From NCBI RefSeq assembly GCF_000142905.1, contig NW_013657658.1, forward strand, positions 392,872 to 456,871: a stretch of DNA of 64,000 nt. The letters are read 5' to 3'. Shown here piece by piece: positions 10,059 through 24,600 of the stretch. The notes under the pieces are model-generated. The model had not been told where the DNA came from. It searched no databases and worked only from the letters and a program-made list of their open reading frames with translations. The position numbers were made by a program, and so were the translations under genes. Position 1 is the first letter of the stretch. Each line of letters begins with the position of its first letter. This DNA comes from Thecamonas trahens ATCC 50062. Taxonomy: Eukaryota; Protista; Apusomonadida.

Positions 10059-12620
10059 TCAGTCCAGCCGCGAGTCAATCGAGACGATCGACGCCGACGA
10101 CAACTGTGCCGTGTTGTCGGTGGTCTCGTCGGCGGTCTCGTCGACGGTGGCGGTCGAGTACACGGTCGTGTCTTGGTCTCGCCCGCCGCCGGCGACGGCG
10201 CGGGCATGATGGCTGCGCGAGATGGCCGAGCTGGCCGACGTTGACCACGGATCCGAGTCGTTTGCGGTGTCAACGAGCGCCGAGGTCTGGTCTGACGATG
10301 ACGACGCTGACGAGCTGCCGACGTGCCGCACTGCAGCACGCTCGGCTTCGCTCCGCGAGCCAACTGACGACATGGTCGAGTGCAGATGGCCGACGCGATT
10401 GGCAAGTGCGGCGCCCGACGATACTGAGTCCGAGTCCGATCCCGAGTCCGAGCAGGCACCGCGGCCAAGCTGGCCGTGCCCGCGGTGGATCTCCGACCGC
10501 GAGTCGGCCGATGCAGTCGACGACCAGGCGTGTGAGTCCGAGCTCGAGCCCGAGCCCGAGCCCGAGCCCGAGCTGGTGTCGTCGATGTTGCGTCGAGCCC
10601 GGCCGGCACTCATGTTGCGCGACCAGCGCGGGAGGCCCTTGCCAACCTCGGACTCTCGCGACATGATCGATGTCACCGAGGCTGAGACCGAGGCCGAGCT
10701 CTCTGGATCGTCAGCTTCGGTTGTTCCTGACGGCGCAGGCGCAACCGCGGGTGAGGTGGCGTTCTTGCCGGCGACTGTCCCAACACCGGCACCCGAAGCC
10801 GAGTCTGAGCTCGAGGCCGAGGCCGAGTCTGAGCTCGAGGCCGAGGTCGAGCTGGCACTGCTACCGCTCGAGCTTTCGGCGCTGCTCGACTCGAGTGCGC
10901 TCGTCCTGCTCGAGCTGTAGTCGATACTTGACATGGACTCGCTGATGCGGAGGCCTGAGGCCGAGCCAGCGACGTACCAGTGCGGCTTGCGCTCGCCGGC
11001 CATCTCTTCGAGGAGGAACTCGGCCTCGACTTCGTCGAGAGCGCCGGCAAACTTGGCGAGCACGTCGACGTCCGAGTGGTACGACGAGTAGCCTTCGTCA
11101 TCGGCCCGACGCAGGGCCTTCTTGATGGCAGCGAGCTTTGCGGCTGCAAACTCGCGGAAGGTGAGGTCCGAGAGCTTGAGCGCGCGGCGGAGGACGCCGA
11201 TGTAGACAAAGACAAAGAAGCCGATGAACGACATGATAACAAACGACTGGATGAAGAACACGTCCTCGGTCTCCGACTCGGGCTCGCCGAGAGCGGCGAG
11301 GAGGGTGAGGACGAGCAGCGAGAAGAGCTCCAGCCGGTTTGACGCCGTGTCCACAAACGGCATGTACACCATGTGGATAATAACAAGGAACGAGCACGCG
11401 ATCATGAGCACCAGCTGGCGGTTCTGGCCATCCTGGAAGAACGCCACGTACAGCGCAGTCATCAGCGTTCGTCGACCGATGACGACGGCCTCGAAAAAGT
11501 AGGCCGACGGCCGGTAGGCGCCAAAGAGCGCACCGAAGCGGCGGGTGACAACGGCGTCGCGGAGGCCGTTGGCCTCGAGCGGCCGCAGCGGGTCGCGGAT
11601 CCGGTTGCGGTAGTACCGCAGCAGGCCGGCGAGCATCGGCGGGAGCGGGAGGACAAGCAGCACAATAATGACAATGGCGAGAACCATCGGCACAATGTGC
11701 GCGCCACGGTAGCACGGCACGTCCGGCGCCACCTGCAGCCGCTGCTCGCCGTCGACTTGGAAGCAGTTGAGGAGCTGCAGCGAGGTCTTGGCCAGCGTCG
11801 AGTACGAAAAGCCGGCAATGGCTAGCGCGCCCGCCACGTACATGTCCAGCCGCATCCGCTTAAAGTACTTGACGCCGGCGATCCGGAGCACTAGGTGGAC
11901 GAGCAAGTTGGCACCGAGGAGTGCAAAGAGGACAAGCGGAATGACCAGGCTCGCCATCTGCTTCTCCAGCGGGGAGAGCGGGGCCAGACACGACGACGAC
12001 GACGAGTTCTCGTCCGGCTCGCCCACCACCAGCCGCTCGAGCACCTCGGGCGAGAGGAGAAGGACCGAGAAAATGTTGAAGAACGGCGAGATGGGCCCGA
12101 TGAGGAGTGGGCACGTCTGCGCCATGTACAGCACAATCTTGATGAGTCCACCGCCCTTGCCGGGCTTCTTGGCTAGGGTCATGATGACAAAGGCCTGCGC
12201 AGGCAGGAGCAGCAGCATGATGAGCGGCCAGTTGTACCCGTCGCACTTGACGCACTTGTTGGAGACCAGGAAGAAGCCCTCGGCGCAGTCGGCACAGAGC
12301 ACGCCGGCTCGGTTGCGCCCACAGACCCGGGCCGAGCCGGCGGCGCAAAAGCCGAGCCCCGACGGGGTCGGACAGCACGCGCCCGGAATGCCGCAGCGCT
12401 TAAAGACCGGGACCTCTTCGTTCGGGTCGGTGATCTCGTAGAAGCCCGGCGTCGAGCCTACGTCGTCACCACCGGCGCAGAGGCCACCGATCGGGCACGG
12501 CAAGCAGGTGATACTGCCTGCCCGCCGGTTAAAGGTTCCGTACGGACAGCGGATGCAGATGATAAAGCCGGCAATGTCGCGGTCGACGATAAAGCCTGGC
12601 CCGCACGTGCTCCGCACCGT
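10059..12620 (-). other. C-terminal module of the giant protein: Cys-rich juxtamembrane region, about 8-9 TM helices and a ~370-aa Ser-rich cytoplasmic tail
   Basis: CIRCPYGTFN...CLPCPIGGLCAGG...CGRNRAGVLCADCAEGFF...CVKC, then hydrophobic segments including YSTLAKTSLQLLNC, PCYRGAH, RFGALFGAYRPSAYFFEAVVIGRR and PFVDTASNRLE. The tail contains SSSDSAS and SGSGSGSGS repeats. Confidence 0.85.
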
Positions 12621-15600
12621 CTCGTTGACCAGCGTCGTCGTCTCGGGAATCGAGGTCCACTGCAGCGTGTACGGCTGCGAGAGGTCGAGTACCTTGAGGA
12701 GCAAGTTCTCAAAGGTGGCGAGGCCCTCGATGACCGGCACCGAGACCGTGCCCTGCAGAACGGCTGGCGGAGTGCCGAGGCCCTCAAACTCCGAGTAGGT
12801 GCCGTCGCCGTCAAAGTCAAAGACGACCTTGATGATGACCTGGATTGGCCGGTCGCCTTCGGTTGTCCGCGTCACGGTGTTCTCAAAGTAGTCCTGCAGC
12901 GCAATGACCGACCCGAACCGCTCGTTGGCTTCCTTCAGCTGCGGCCACTGCGAGATCATCGACATCTTGGAGACAACAGAGGCCTGGACCGGACCGTAAC
13001 CTTCGGCCACGTTGCCGGTGTAGGAGCACTCGACGCACCACGGGTCGACCACCGGGAAGGCTGACTCAAAGTAGACGCAGCCGCCAGCGATGTCCACCGA
13101 GTTGGAGTCGAACCGGCCTTCGGTGACCAGCGCCGCCGACGGGCCGGTCGAGTTGGGCAGAAAGTAGATGGCACCGCCAAAGGCGGCCACGTTGTCGCGG
13201 AACTCGGTGCCACCGCTCACTGCAATTTGGCCCGGGTTCGACGCAGTCGTCAGGGCGCCGCCGTTGTTGCCCTTGTTTGAGGCGAACACGCCGCCGACGA
13301 CCGAGGTTGAGCAGAGCGAGTACACTCCGCCACCGTCCGAGGCCTGGCACGACTCGATTGTCGCGCCCTCTAGCCGGATCTGCCCGCCCGAATGCCGGCA
13401 GTAGATGCCTGCGCCCTGGCCGGCCACAAAGTGGTCGGCGATGCGGGTGCCGCGGACCACAAGCAAAGAGTCGAACCGCATGTACACGCCGCCGCCGTCG
13501 AGCGCGTCGTTGCGCGAAACGACGCCGCGTTCGATGACCACAGTCCCGCCCTGGTCGATTGACACCGCACCGCCGCCCTGGTCGAGCGTCTGCCGCGCCG
13601 AGTTGAGGGTGAGGAGCGAGTCGACAATGCTGACGGACGAGGTCGAGGTGGCATAGACCGCGCCGCCGGTGTCGGCCACGTTCCGAGTCAGCGTCGTCCG
13701 CACAATTTCCACCGTCGACGAGATGGTGGCGAAAACAACGCCGCCTTGTCCGGCGTCGTCGACCGAGTTGGCCTCGATGACGCAGTCCAGAATGTGGACG
13801 CCCGACGCGCCAAACGAGTAGGTGACGCCACCGGCTTCGGCTGTGTTTCGCGAGAGCCGCAGTACGCTCTGCAGCGTGACCTGGCCGGCGTCCTTGGTGT
13901 ACACCACGCCGCCAAAGGCGCCGACGTTGTCGACAATCTCGCCGCCGACCACAAAGGCGTGGCCGCTCTGGTCCGACGAGACGACGCCACCCTGCGGCGC
14001 CGAGTTGAGCCGGAAGACGCAGTCCTCCAGCCGCGGGCTCGCGGTCCGTGACGTGGCCACCACGCCGCCGAGGTCGCCTCCGACGTTGCTCTCGAACAGC
14101 GAGTTGGTCACCTTGAGCACTGAGCTTCCACCGGCAAAGAGCGCGCCGCCGACCTGGGCCGAGTTGACGAGGAAGACCGAGTCGGTGACCAGGTTTGTGC
14201 CGACGATCGAGGCCCGCGCCGAGATGGCGCCGCCGATGGAGAGCGCCCGGTTGGAGGCGAACCTGCACCGCGACCAGCGAGTGTTGGCGTAGCGGAGCGA
14301 GACCGCACCGCCTTCGCCGGCCACATTGCGCTCAAAGGCACAAGAGGTGAAGAGGACTGTCGGCAGGTTGTCACCTGCCAGGGCCTCGGCCGTGGCTGCC
14401 CGCGACGCCGATGGCGGTGTGTCGTCGACCATCACCGCGGCGCCGACCACCACCGTGTTGATGTCGGTGACGTTGAGCCGGGTAAACTCGACGCCTGTGC
14501 TGTCACGGACGTAGACCGCCGGCCGCTCACCGCCGGTCACCTGGGTCACGATCAGGTCGTGGATGCTCGCACCAGTGGAGGAACTCACACTCAGCGAGCC
14601 CTCCAGGTTACCGGAGAGGACCGAGTGTGCGAGAACAAAGTCAAACGAGGACTCGATGTGGACGGCAGCGAGCGCGGCCGTGTTGCCGGTCACGCTCACA
14701 TTGACCACCTGGAGCCGGCGCGAGTTGAGCGTGGAGAAGAGCGCCGAGCCCGAACCGGCGATGGCGGTGTTGCCCTCAAGCACACAGTTCGAGATGGTGA
14801 CATCGGTGACCTGCTCAAACGCCATGCCGCCGCCGTTGTTGGCGGCCGAGTTGCGGAGCGCGGTGACGTCGTGGACACTGACGTTGGAGCAGCCCGAGAG
14901 CTGGAGGCCGGCGCCGGTCGACGGGAGGACAGCCACCAAGTTGTCCTCGGCAGTGACCCGGAGAATGCTCGCCGACACCACGCTCTGCCAAAAGACGCCA
15001 CCACCGGACGCACCCGAGTTGCCGCGGAGGATCACATCGGTGACATGAAGATCTTCGTCGCGCTCAGCGTAGAGCGCGCCGCCGCGTGCAGTGTCAGGCG
15101 AGACGACGGCGTTGGCCTCAAAGAGCGAGTTGGAAAAGTGCGTTGAGCGCCCGTTAAAGGTGTACATGCACCCGCCAGAGCGGGCGACGTTCCTGGAGTA
15201 GACCGAGTCCTTGAAGGTCGAGTTGTGCAGTGTCTCGCCAAAGAGGCAGCCGCCAAACTGCGAGGCACGGTTGGCGTTAAAGGTGGCGTCAGCAAGGGAG
15301 ATCTGCGAGGCGTAGGCAGCGATGCCGCCGCCGACCCCGCCGGCCGAGTTGGCCACAAAGGCCGAGTCGGAGCCGTCAAAGACCGAGCTGGTCATCCACA
15401 GGCCGCCGCCGTTGGTCACGGCGGCGTTGGCCGAAAAGTTGGACCACCTCAGCGTGAGCTTCGAGTCCTCCATGTACACACCGCCACCGAGCGTTGTCGC
15501 GGTGTTGGCCTCGACGGTCGAGTTGAGGAGGAGGGACTCGGCGGAGCGGATGGTGACACCTGCTGCACGCTGGGCGATGTTCCGCGAGAGCGTACACGAG

Positions 15601-18600
15601 ACAAAGGTCGAGACGGCGCCAGCGATGGTCGACACCGCCCCGCCGTCCTGCCCGGCGCTGTTTCCGCTCACCACCGAGTCCTCGAACCGGACCTGGGCCT
15701 GGGTCTCGAAGCTTAGCGCGCCGCCGTTGGCCAACGCTACGTTGTCTTCGACGGTGACTGCGGTAAAGACGGCAAACGACTTGCCGGCGACCACGACAGC
15801 GCCGCCCGATCCAGCGCGTGCGGTGTTGGCGGTGAGCTGACTGCGGAGTACCACCAGGGCGCGGCCGTTCACAAAGATGCCGCCAGCGCCGTCGGCGGTG
15901 TTGCCGGTCATGGTGACCGCGTCGAGCTCGACGTCGGTGACGTTGAAGGCCATGATGGCACCGCCGAGGCCGGTGGCCGCCTCGTTGCCCGAGAGAACGG
16001 TGCGGAGGACACGGGCGTTGCTCGACGAGTTAAGGAAGACCGCACCGCCGTGGTAGCCAGCAGAGTTGCCGTCAAAGACAAGGTCGACCAGCTGCGAGTA
16101 AATCATGCCGAGGGCCGAGACGGCGCCACCGCGATCGCCGGCCGAGTTGCCGACAAAGATTGAGCGCGACATGTTGAGCGAGCCGTCGACGACGTGGAGG
16201 CCACCGCCCGAGGCGCCGGCCTTGTTGTACTCGATCCTGGTGTCGTCGAGGACAAGGTTGGAGCCGGTGGCGACGACGATGCCGCCGCCGCTGCCGGCCA
16301 CCGCGGTGTTGTTGGCAAAGGTGGAGAAGGGGAACTCGGCGATGCCTGCGTCCGAGACGTACGCGCCGCCGCCGTCGATGAGACCGACGTTGAGGACGAC
16401 GGTGGTGCGGACAAGGATTGGATGAGCCTCGTCTGAGATGCCGAAGCCGCCGCCGTACGCCGCCGTGTTCCGTGCGAGCACCGCATCCTGGACTACCGGG
16501 TCCGATCCGCCGGTGAGCACAATGCCGCCACCGATGCCGATGGCGGTGTTGGCCTCGACAACCGTGGCCACCAGCTGGGTCTCAGCCTCGTCGTAGTAGA
16601 GGCCACCACCCGAGGCCGCTGCGATGTTGTCGCGGATGACCGAAAAGCCAAGGACCGACGCAGTCGAGTTGAGCGCGTACACCCCACCACCGGCGTGGGC
16701 CGAGTTGCCGGCGATAATTGTGGTGTTGAGCGCGGTGTAGACATCGGTGGCGAGGAAGACACCGCCGCCGCTCGCGCTGGCAGTGTTGAGCGTGACCTCA
16801 GAGTCGAGAACGACCAGGCGCGACGAGACGACGTGGACGCCGCCACCGCTGCCGGCCGCGGCGCCGTTCCGAGTGACGACCGAGGCGTGGACGGCAACGA
16901 CTGAGATGCGGCCGACAAGCCCACCGCCGTAGGTTGCAGCGGTGTTGCCAATGACCGAAACGTCGCTCAGCGAGAGATAGCCGTCGTCGACGATACCTCC
17001 ACCGCCATAGCTCGCAGCAGCGTTGCCGACAATCTGCGACGAGACAAGGACAACCGAGGCGTTGGTCTCGGCCATAAAGCCGGCGCCAAAAGCAGACGCG
17101 GTGTTGTTGCCGATCTCGACAAGCGAGGCCGAGAGGACCGACGAGGCGGCGAGGAAGACGCCGCCGCCGGCGACAGCCGCGTTGGCCGCAACCACGTTCC
17201 GCCCGCTCAGCACCGGAGCACTGGCGCTCAGCAGTGCCCAGCCGCCACCGTTCAGCTCCGCCGAGTTGCCCGAGGTAGTCAAGTCGACAAAGACAGCCGC
17301 CGAGCCGAAACCGGCAAAGCCGCCACCGTAGCCCGACGCATTGTTGCTGGCGATGAGGGTGCGCTCTACCCGGGGCGACGAGGCGTTGGCGTAGAGCCCA
17401 CCGCCGTCACCGCTAACTACGTTTGTCCGCACGATCGAGTCGGCAAAGGTGGCAACAACGTCGGCGGCAACGTAGGCTCCGCCGCCCGAGCCGGCGGCGA
17501 CAGCGTTGGCCTCCAGCGTCGAGCGAGAGACATGGTAGCTGCCCGCCACACCCGAGGCGAGGAACGCGCCGCCGCCGCTCATATAAGCGGCGTTGGCAGC
17601 GAGGTGCGAGTCGAGCATGTCCAGCGTCGACGAGATGGCGTACAGACCGCCGCCCGAGCCGGCGACCGCCAGGTTGTGGGTGGCGGTCAGGTTGGTGCCC
17701 CGAAGAGTGCGCTCGCAGCATATAGACCGCCGCCCGAGTCTAGCGCGGTGTTGGCATCGAGGCTACTGGCATCGACGGTCACTACCACAGCAGAGTCGCG
17801 GAACGCCAGACCACCGCCGGAGAGGGCCACATTGGCGTCGACAGTGCAGCCGACAAGAGTGTACGGAGCAGGGCCTGCCGAGAAATGGGCGCCGCCGCCA
17901 AAGCCGACCCGGGCCTCGTTGGCTCGGAGGGTGGTCGAGATGACCATCGGCAGAGCGTCGTCGACCGCGAGGCCGCCGCCTGAGCCGGTCACCGCCGTGT
18001 TGCTCTCAAGGCGCGAGTTGGCGACGCGCACCACACCGGGGCCACTGACCTGCAGCCCGCCACCGGAGCGACCGGCCACGTTGTGCCAGGCCCGGAGCGT
18101 GCGGAAAGAGCCATCGAGAGAGGCGCCGGTCGCGATGCCACCGCCGCCGTCAAGCGCGGCAGAGTTGTTGGCGAGCAGTAGATCAGCACCGTCAAGAGTG
18201 CCATTGGCGACAAAGATGCCTCCGGCCGACGCGGCGAGTGCGTCGTTGCCGAGGGCGACAAGGTGGCGGATAACCGAGGCAGACCGGACGGCACAAATGC
18301 CACCGCCGTTGCCGACGTTGGCGACGTTGAAGCCGACGATGGTCTCGTCCCAAACTCCGACCGGCCCGCCCACGTTGCCGTCGACGAGTGATGCGGCCTC
18401 GACGGCAGCCAGCGCGTTGGGCGACGCACCGTGAAGCGCAGCAGAGAGTTCATCTGCGAGGAGGGCACGAGTAGCGAGGCCGGAGGCGTCGGGCAGGGCA
18501 TGGAGCTCGAGGACGCTGTCGACGACCTCCAGGCCGCCGCAGGCATCGCGGCCCAGGTTGCCCCACAGGTAGGAGCCGTTGACAACAGCCTTGGCGCCAT

Positions 18601-21600
18601 CGACGGCGACACCCGCGCCGAGAGACGCGTTGTTGCCGACAGCGATGGAGCCAACGAGCTCAACAAGCGCACCCGAGTCGGCGTAGACGCCACCACCAGA
18701 GCCACCAGCGTCGGTCACAACGTTGGAGGAGACGATCGAGGACCTGAGGAGGGTCGAGGCCGAGCTGACGACAGCAATACCGGCGCCTCGGGTGGCGGCT
18801 GTGTTGGCCGCCACCCGTGAGGTGTGGACTTCAAGCACCGCCGAGGCCTCGCACATGACGCCACCGCCACGGGCGCCACCAGTGTTGGAAACGATGGAAG
18901 CGGCGATGATGCGCGAGACCGAGAGCGAGGAGAGGAAGACGCCGCCACCCTCGGAGCCAGCGGCATTGTCGTGGAGCTCGACCGAGTCCATGACCAGCTC
19001 GCCGCCGTCGCGGAGGTAGATGCCGCCGCCGCGATCGCCGGCGGTGTTGCGGACCACCGTCGAGTTGGTGACAAGCGCGTTGGACGAGCCAACGTAGCCG
19101 CCACCACCGAGGCTGCCAGCCGAGTTGTCAGCGACGACAAAGCCGGTGATGGCCGAAAAGGCGACGTCGGCAAAATAAAAGCCACCGCCGGCGTAGCCAG
19201 CAGTGTTGGTCCCGAGCTCGACGTCTGCGAGAACGACCCGGTCTGCGGCAGCGATCGAGAGCCCACCACCGGTCGAGTTGGCCTCGTTGGACGAGGCGAC
19301 GACCTGGTTGACGTCAAATGTGACCATAGCCTCGAGGCCGATGCCGCCGCCCGAGCCGGTGGTGGCGACATTGCGGACCACTGCCAGTCCGGAAGCGTTG
19401 AAGACCGCGTTTTGACCAAAGACGCCTCCGCCCGAGCCGGCACCCGCAGTGTTGGCCTCGACCACACAGACCGAGACCACCATTTGCGCGCCCGACTGCG
19501 AGGCGAGCCCGCCGCCCGAGCGGCCGGCGATGTTGGCGATGGCGCTCACGTTGGCCAGGACGACCTGGGCGCCCGAGCCAGCCAGCAGCCCGCCACCGTC
19601 GACTGCTGCGTCCGAGGCTTCAATCCGGAGGTCTTGGGCGGTGAGCCGGGCACCGGTGACGACGCTGGCGCCACCGCCCGAGGCGGTAGCAGCTGAGCAG
19701 TTGAAGACGACCAGCTCGTCGCTCTCAACCACAGAGCCAAGCGCGACGCTTAGGCCACCACCGTTCCCGGCCACTGCGCGGTTTGCGACAAGCCGGCCGG
19801 AGGCGAGGACCAGCTGTGCGGATCGGTCACCGCAGAGTCCGCCGCCGGAGCGGGCAGCCTCACACTTTTCAAAGAGATAGTCCGAGGCGACGAGAACGCC
19901 AGAGTCGCGGACTGCGGCGCAGCCACCGTCGCGCGCGGCGACCGAGTCGCGGACCACAACGTCGACCGCGGCGAAGCGGCCGGCGTCAACAGAGGCAAGG
20001 CCGCCACCGTCACCAGCCGAGACGCAAGAAGAGACGACTGCGGCTGTGAGATTGAGCTGCGAGGCCAGGCCAGAGACTGCGAGCCCACCTCCGTCCGACG
20101 CTGCGGTGCAGCCCGTGATGACAGTGTCGCGCACGACGACCGAGCCAGCGGCGCGTACACACACACCGCCACCGAGCCGGCCAGCGCGGCAGCTGTCGAT
20201 GACCGAGTCCGAGTCGAGGCGGGTGAGCGACGAAAGGACAGCGGCGAGGCCGCCACCGTCGAGACCGGCCTCGCATGCCGAGATGAGCAGACTCGAGAAG
20301 ACTGGAGCTGCGTTCTCGCCCAAAACAAAGAGCCCACCGCCGTCGCGGGCAGCGATGCAGTCGGCGAGCTTGGACGAGGCAATGCGCGGCGAGGCGTGCC
20401 AGACGCCCAGCGCACCACCCGAGAGACCAGCGTACGAGGCCGAGATGTTGGTGCGGGTGAGAGAGACTTGAGTGCCGTGAGCAACAAAGACACCACCACC
20501 ATAGGCATCGGCGAGACCAGCGACGCAGGACGAGTCGGAGATGTCGAGCGAGGTGGCAGCGCCGATAGCGGCGAGCCCACCACCCGAGCCAATCCACGGC
20601 TCTGCAGCCCACTCGCCGGCGCACGACGCCGAGCCATTGGCCGTGTTAAACTCCCAGAGACTGGTGTCGAGGACGGCCGAGCCGTTGGTAACGAGCCAGG
20701 CACCGCCGACGCCGCAGCTGACGACGTTGCGAGCGGCTCTGCCACCAACAGCGCGGACCGACGCGTCGCGGCCGACAAACACGCCGCCACCACCCGAGAG
20801 CGCCGAGTTGGCGGTGAGGAGGACGCGGGTCATGTCGACGAGAGCGAGCTCGCCGAGGCCAACGGCTCCGCCACGGCCACTTGGCGCGGAGCAAGCATCA
20901 AAGTGGACATCCTCGAGGGTGAGGTTGGCAAACGCGGCGTAGATGCAGCCACCGTCGCCGCTGGTCGCCTCGCACTCGGCGAGGAGAGTGCCTGCGAGCG
21001 CGAGCGATCCACCGACGTTGGCGACGCATCCACCGCCGTCACTAGCAGAGCAACCAACGAGCGACGAGTTGGTGGTGAGCAAGGAGCCAGGAGCGCCAAT
21101 GTAGACACAGCCGCCATGACCAGAGAGGGCGACGCAGTGTGCGATGCGGGCGCTGCGGTCGAGGCGGAGCTCGCCAAAGACGGCGGCACCGCCACCACGG
21201 GCGCTGGCGGTATCAGCAGTGATGGTCGAGTCGTGGACGAGCGCGTGCGCGTTCGCCGAGACGTAGAGCCCTCCACCGTCGCCAGACGCCGAGTTGCCGA
21301 CGACCGACGAGCTCGCGGCCAGCGTGAGGTTACCGAGCGGGCCGAGGCCAATGCCTCCGCCGTAGCCCAGAGCAAGCGACGAACCGGCGGAGTTGTCGAG
21401 CCATGCGACGCCCGAGGCCACCAGCTCGGCGCCTGCACCCTCAATCCATGCACCGGCACCGAGGCCGATTCCGCGAAGATCCGGGCTGGAGGCCGGACCG
21501 GCAACCGAGACAGAATTGTTGGCAACGATGAGGTTGCTGAGGATGGCGACCGAGCCGTTGAAGACAGCAAAACCGCCTCCAGCAGCGCCGGCGGAGCAAT

Positions 21601-24600
21601 TGCCCTCGGCAACATTGCCACGGACATCGACAGCCGCCATGATCAGCCTCGCCTGCTCGGACATCCAGACACCGGCGCCAGCACCCGCACCGGCACCAGC
21701 GACGCCGCCGACGCGATTGGCGTCAAAGGCACTCGCACCGGCAATGGTGACGTCGGCGCCGCGCCACAGCGCAAGGCCGCCGCCGCAGAGCGCAAGGTTG
21801 GCACGGAAGGTGACGGCTGTGAGCGTCGGGACGGCTGCATCGAAGATGAGCGCGCCTCCGCCACAGCCTGATGCGACGTTGCGCTCGAGAACGGTGTCGG
21901 CGATAACGACGCCGGCAGAGACGCCACCGAGCCAGAGCCCACCGCCACCGCCAACCGTGTCGCTAGCGCGCGCCGCGGCTGCGGCGGCCGTGGCCTCGAC
22001 GGCGGTGATGCTTACAGCGGTACTGCCGCAAGCGACCGGACCGGCGGCGATGTTGGCGGCGACGGTGCAGCCGGCCAGCCGCAACTTGGTGGCATGACGA
22101 GCAAAGAGACCGCCGCCGCGATCGGCCGTGTTGGCCTCGAGACTCGAGGCTGTGACAACGACGTCGGCCTCAGCGCCTGCAGCCGAGGCCAGCAGGCCGC
22201 CACCCGAGCCACCTAGGGCACGGTTGCGCGCAATGACTGCGGCGTCGAGCGAGACAAGCGAGGCCTCGACCCAAACACCGCCGCCTCCAGCGGCGAGGCC
22301 TGCACCAATGCAGCTGGCGACATTGTCCGCAATCGTCGAGTTGGTCAGCGAGATGTTGCCGTTTGAGGCGGCAAGCCCGCCACCCGAGAGGGTGGCGTTG
22401 GAAAAGACGACCGTGACGTTGGCGCCGACCAGCATGCCACCGGTGGCAGCAGCAGCACCACCGCCGATCCGGCCTGCGGTTCCGTGGGAGACGATGACCG
22501 AGTCGAACGCACAGTGGGCATCACCAAGGCAGCCGAGCCCACCGCCATCGAGTGCGGCAAAGCAGTGCGAGAGGTGCGCGCGGCGAACGTCCACGACGCC
22601 GGATGAGCCAGCGCCGAGCCCGCCGCCGGAGCCTGCGGCAGAGCACGAGACAACCGTAAGGTCTGCGGCCGCGAGACGACCAGAGTTGGCAGCCCAGAGC
22701 CCACCACCGTCAGCGGCCGAGGCGGCGCATGACTCGACGAGAACACGGGCGAGCTGGACGCTCGCAGCCGAGCCCGAGACAAGCAGGCCGCCACCTGCGC
22801 CACCACCTGCGGCGGTGCACGACTCGATGTGGAGATCCGAAGCCACCAAGGCGGCGTCCCACACACCGATGCCACCGGCGCCGGCCGAGGCGGCGACCAA
22901 GTGACGGAGGACGAGACCGGCCGAGAGCGAGACGTTTGCGGCGGCGGTGGCGGCGAGGCCACCCGCGCCGTTCGCGGCGGAGCACGAGGCGATGGAGCCG
23001 GACACGACTGAGGCTGCGCCACTGGAGCCCGTGCGGGTAAAGAGCATGCCGCCACCATCGCGGCCTGCGGTGGCGTTGGCCACAGAGACGCGGACAAGGA
23101 CAACCGAGGCGTCGCACTGGGCACACCACAAGCCGCCGCCATCCCGCAACGCAAAGCCGGCAACCAGCTGCGAGTCTATGAGCGTAAACGAGCCCGGGGA
23201 GACCGCTGAGGCATCAACGCCGATGCAACCACCGTCGATTGCCGAGTTGTCAGCGAGGAGCGAACTTGTGACCACAGCCGAAGAGCCTGGCCCAGCGAGA
23301 CCGAGGCCGCCACCAAAGGCCGAGGCGGGAGCGATTGCCGAGTTGTTGAGGAGCTCCGAGGCATGGAGGGCCAGTCTGCCGTCGCTGCCGAGCCCGATGC
23401 CACCGCCATACAGCCATGCAGTGTTGTTGGCGAGGAGGCAGTCGTCGAGGTCACAGCGCGAGGCGTTGGCGGCAAAGACACCGCCGCCTGCGCCCGACGC
23501 TGCGACGTTGGCGGCAAACTGAAGCCGGGTGCCGTTGAACTGGCCACCGGCATCGGCAGCAGCGCCGCCGCCGGAGCCGAGCACCGCCATGTTGCCGTCC
23601 CAGTACGAGTCCAGACCAACCAGGCCGGCACTCGCGCCCGAGACCATGCTCCCGCCGCCGTGAATGAAGGCTGTGCAATGGGCAATCCGGCTTGCCTGGA
23701 GGCTACCAAGCGAGGCCGGGCCAAGCCAGAGTCCACCACCAGAGGCCGCGGCCTCACAGTGCGAGACGAGCGAGGCGATGAGGGTAAGCCGAGCGTCAGC
23801 ATCTGCCACAGCGAGTCCACCGCCGTCGACAGCAGTGCACGAGTTAATGTGCGAGCTGGTTAGGGTGACGGTCGCGGCCGAGGTAACCGAGAGTCCTCCG
23901 CCATGGGCGGCGGCAGAGCAATTGGTGGCTGTGGTGGCGAGGAGCGAGGCGATGGCTGCGGAACCAGTGATGCTCAACCCACCGCCATGTCGTGCGGCGG
24001 AGCATCGGTCGAGAGTAACACTGACGAGCTTGGCGTCGCCGCCGGCGGCCGCGGCGAGCCCACCACCATCGCGAGCGGCGGTGTTCTCGGCGAGCGCAGC
24101 CGCTGCCATGACCAAGCGGCCGGAAGCGCCAACCCAGAAGCCTCCGCCGTCGTTGGCAGCATAGTTTGCGGTGACACTCGAGTCGTTGGCGTCAAGCCAC
24201 CCGGCATCGACACCGAGGCCACCACCGTCGTTCGCGGCGTTGCCGGTAACCACAGAGCCGTTCACAACGTGGGCGATGGCCGAGCCGTTGACGTAAAGGC
24301 CACCACCGACTGCCGTCGCGTTGTTGGCCGCGAGGCTGGCGGCGGTGACGACGCACAGCGAGTCGGAGCTGATCCACAGCCCGCCACCATTGGTGGCCAT
24401 GTTGCGGGTAAGCTGCGAGCCGTCCTCGAGCCGAAGGCTACCAGCGGTGACAACAGCGGCGCCACCACCGGCGCCGCCAGCGGTGTTGCCAGCGACCGCA
24501 ACACGGGCCAGGGTAACCGACGCCGCGTTGGCCAGGTGCAAGCCACCACCAGCAGAGCTGGCTGTGCTCGACGTGATCACGGTGTCGATGACGTAGACGA

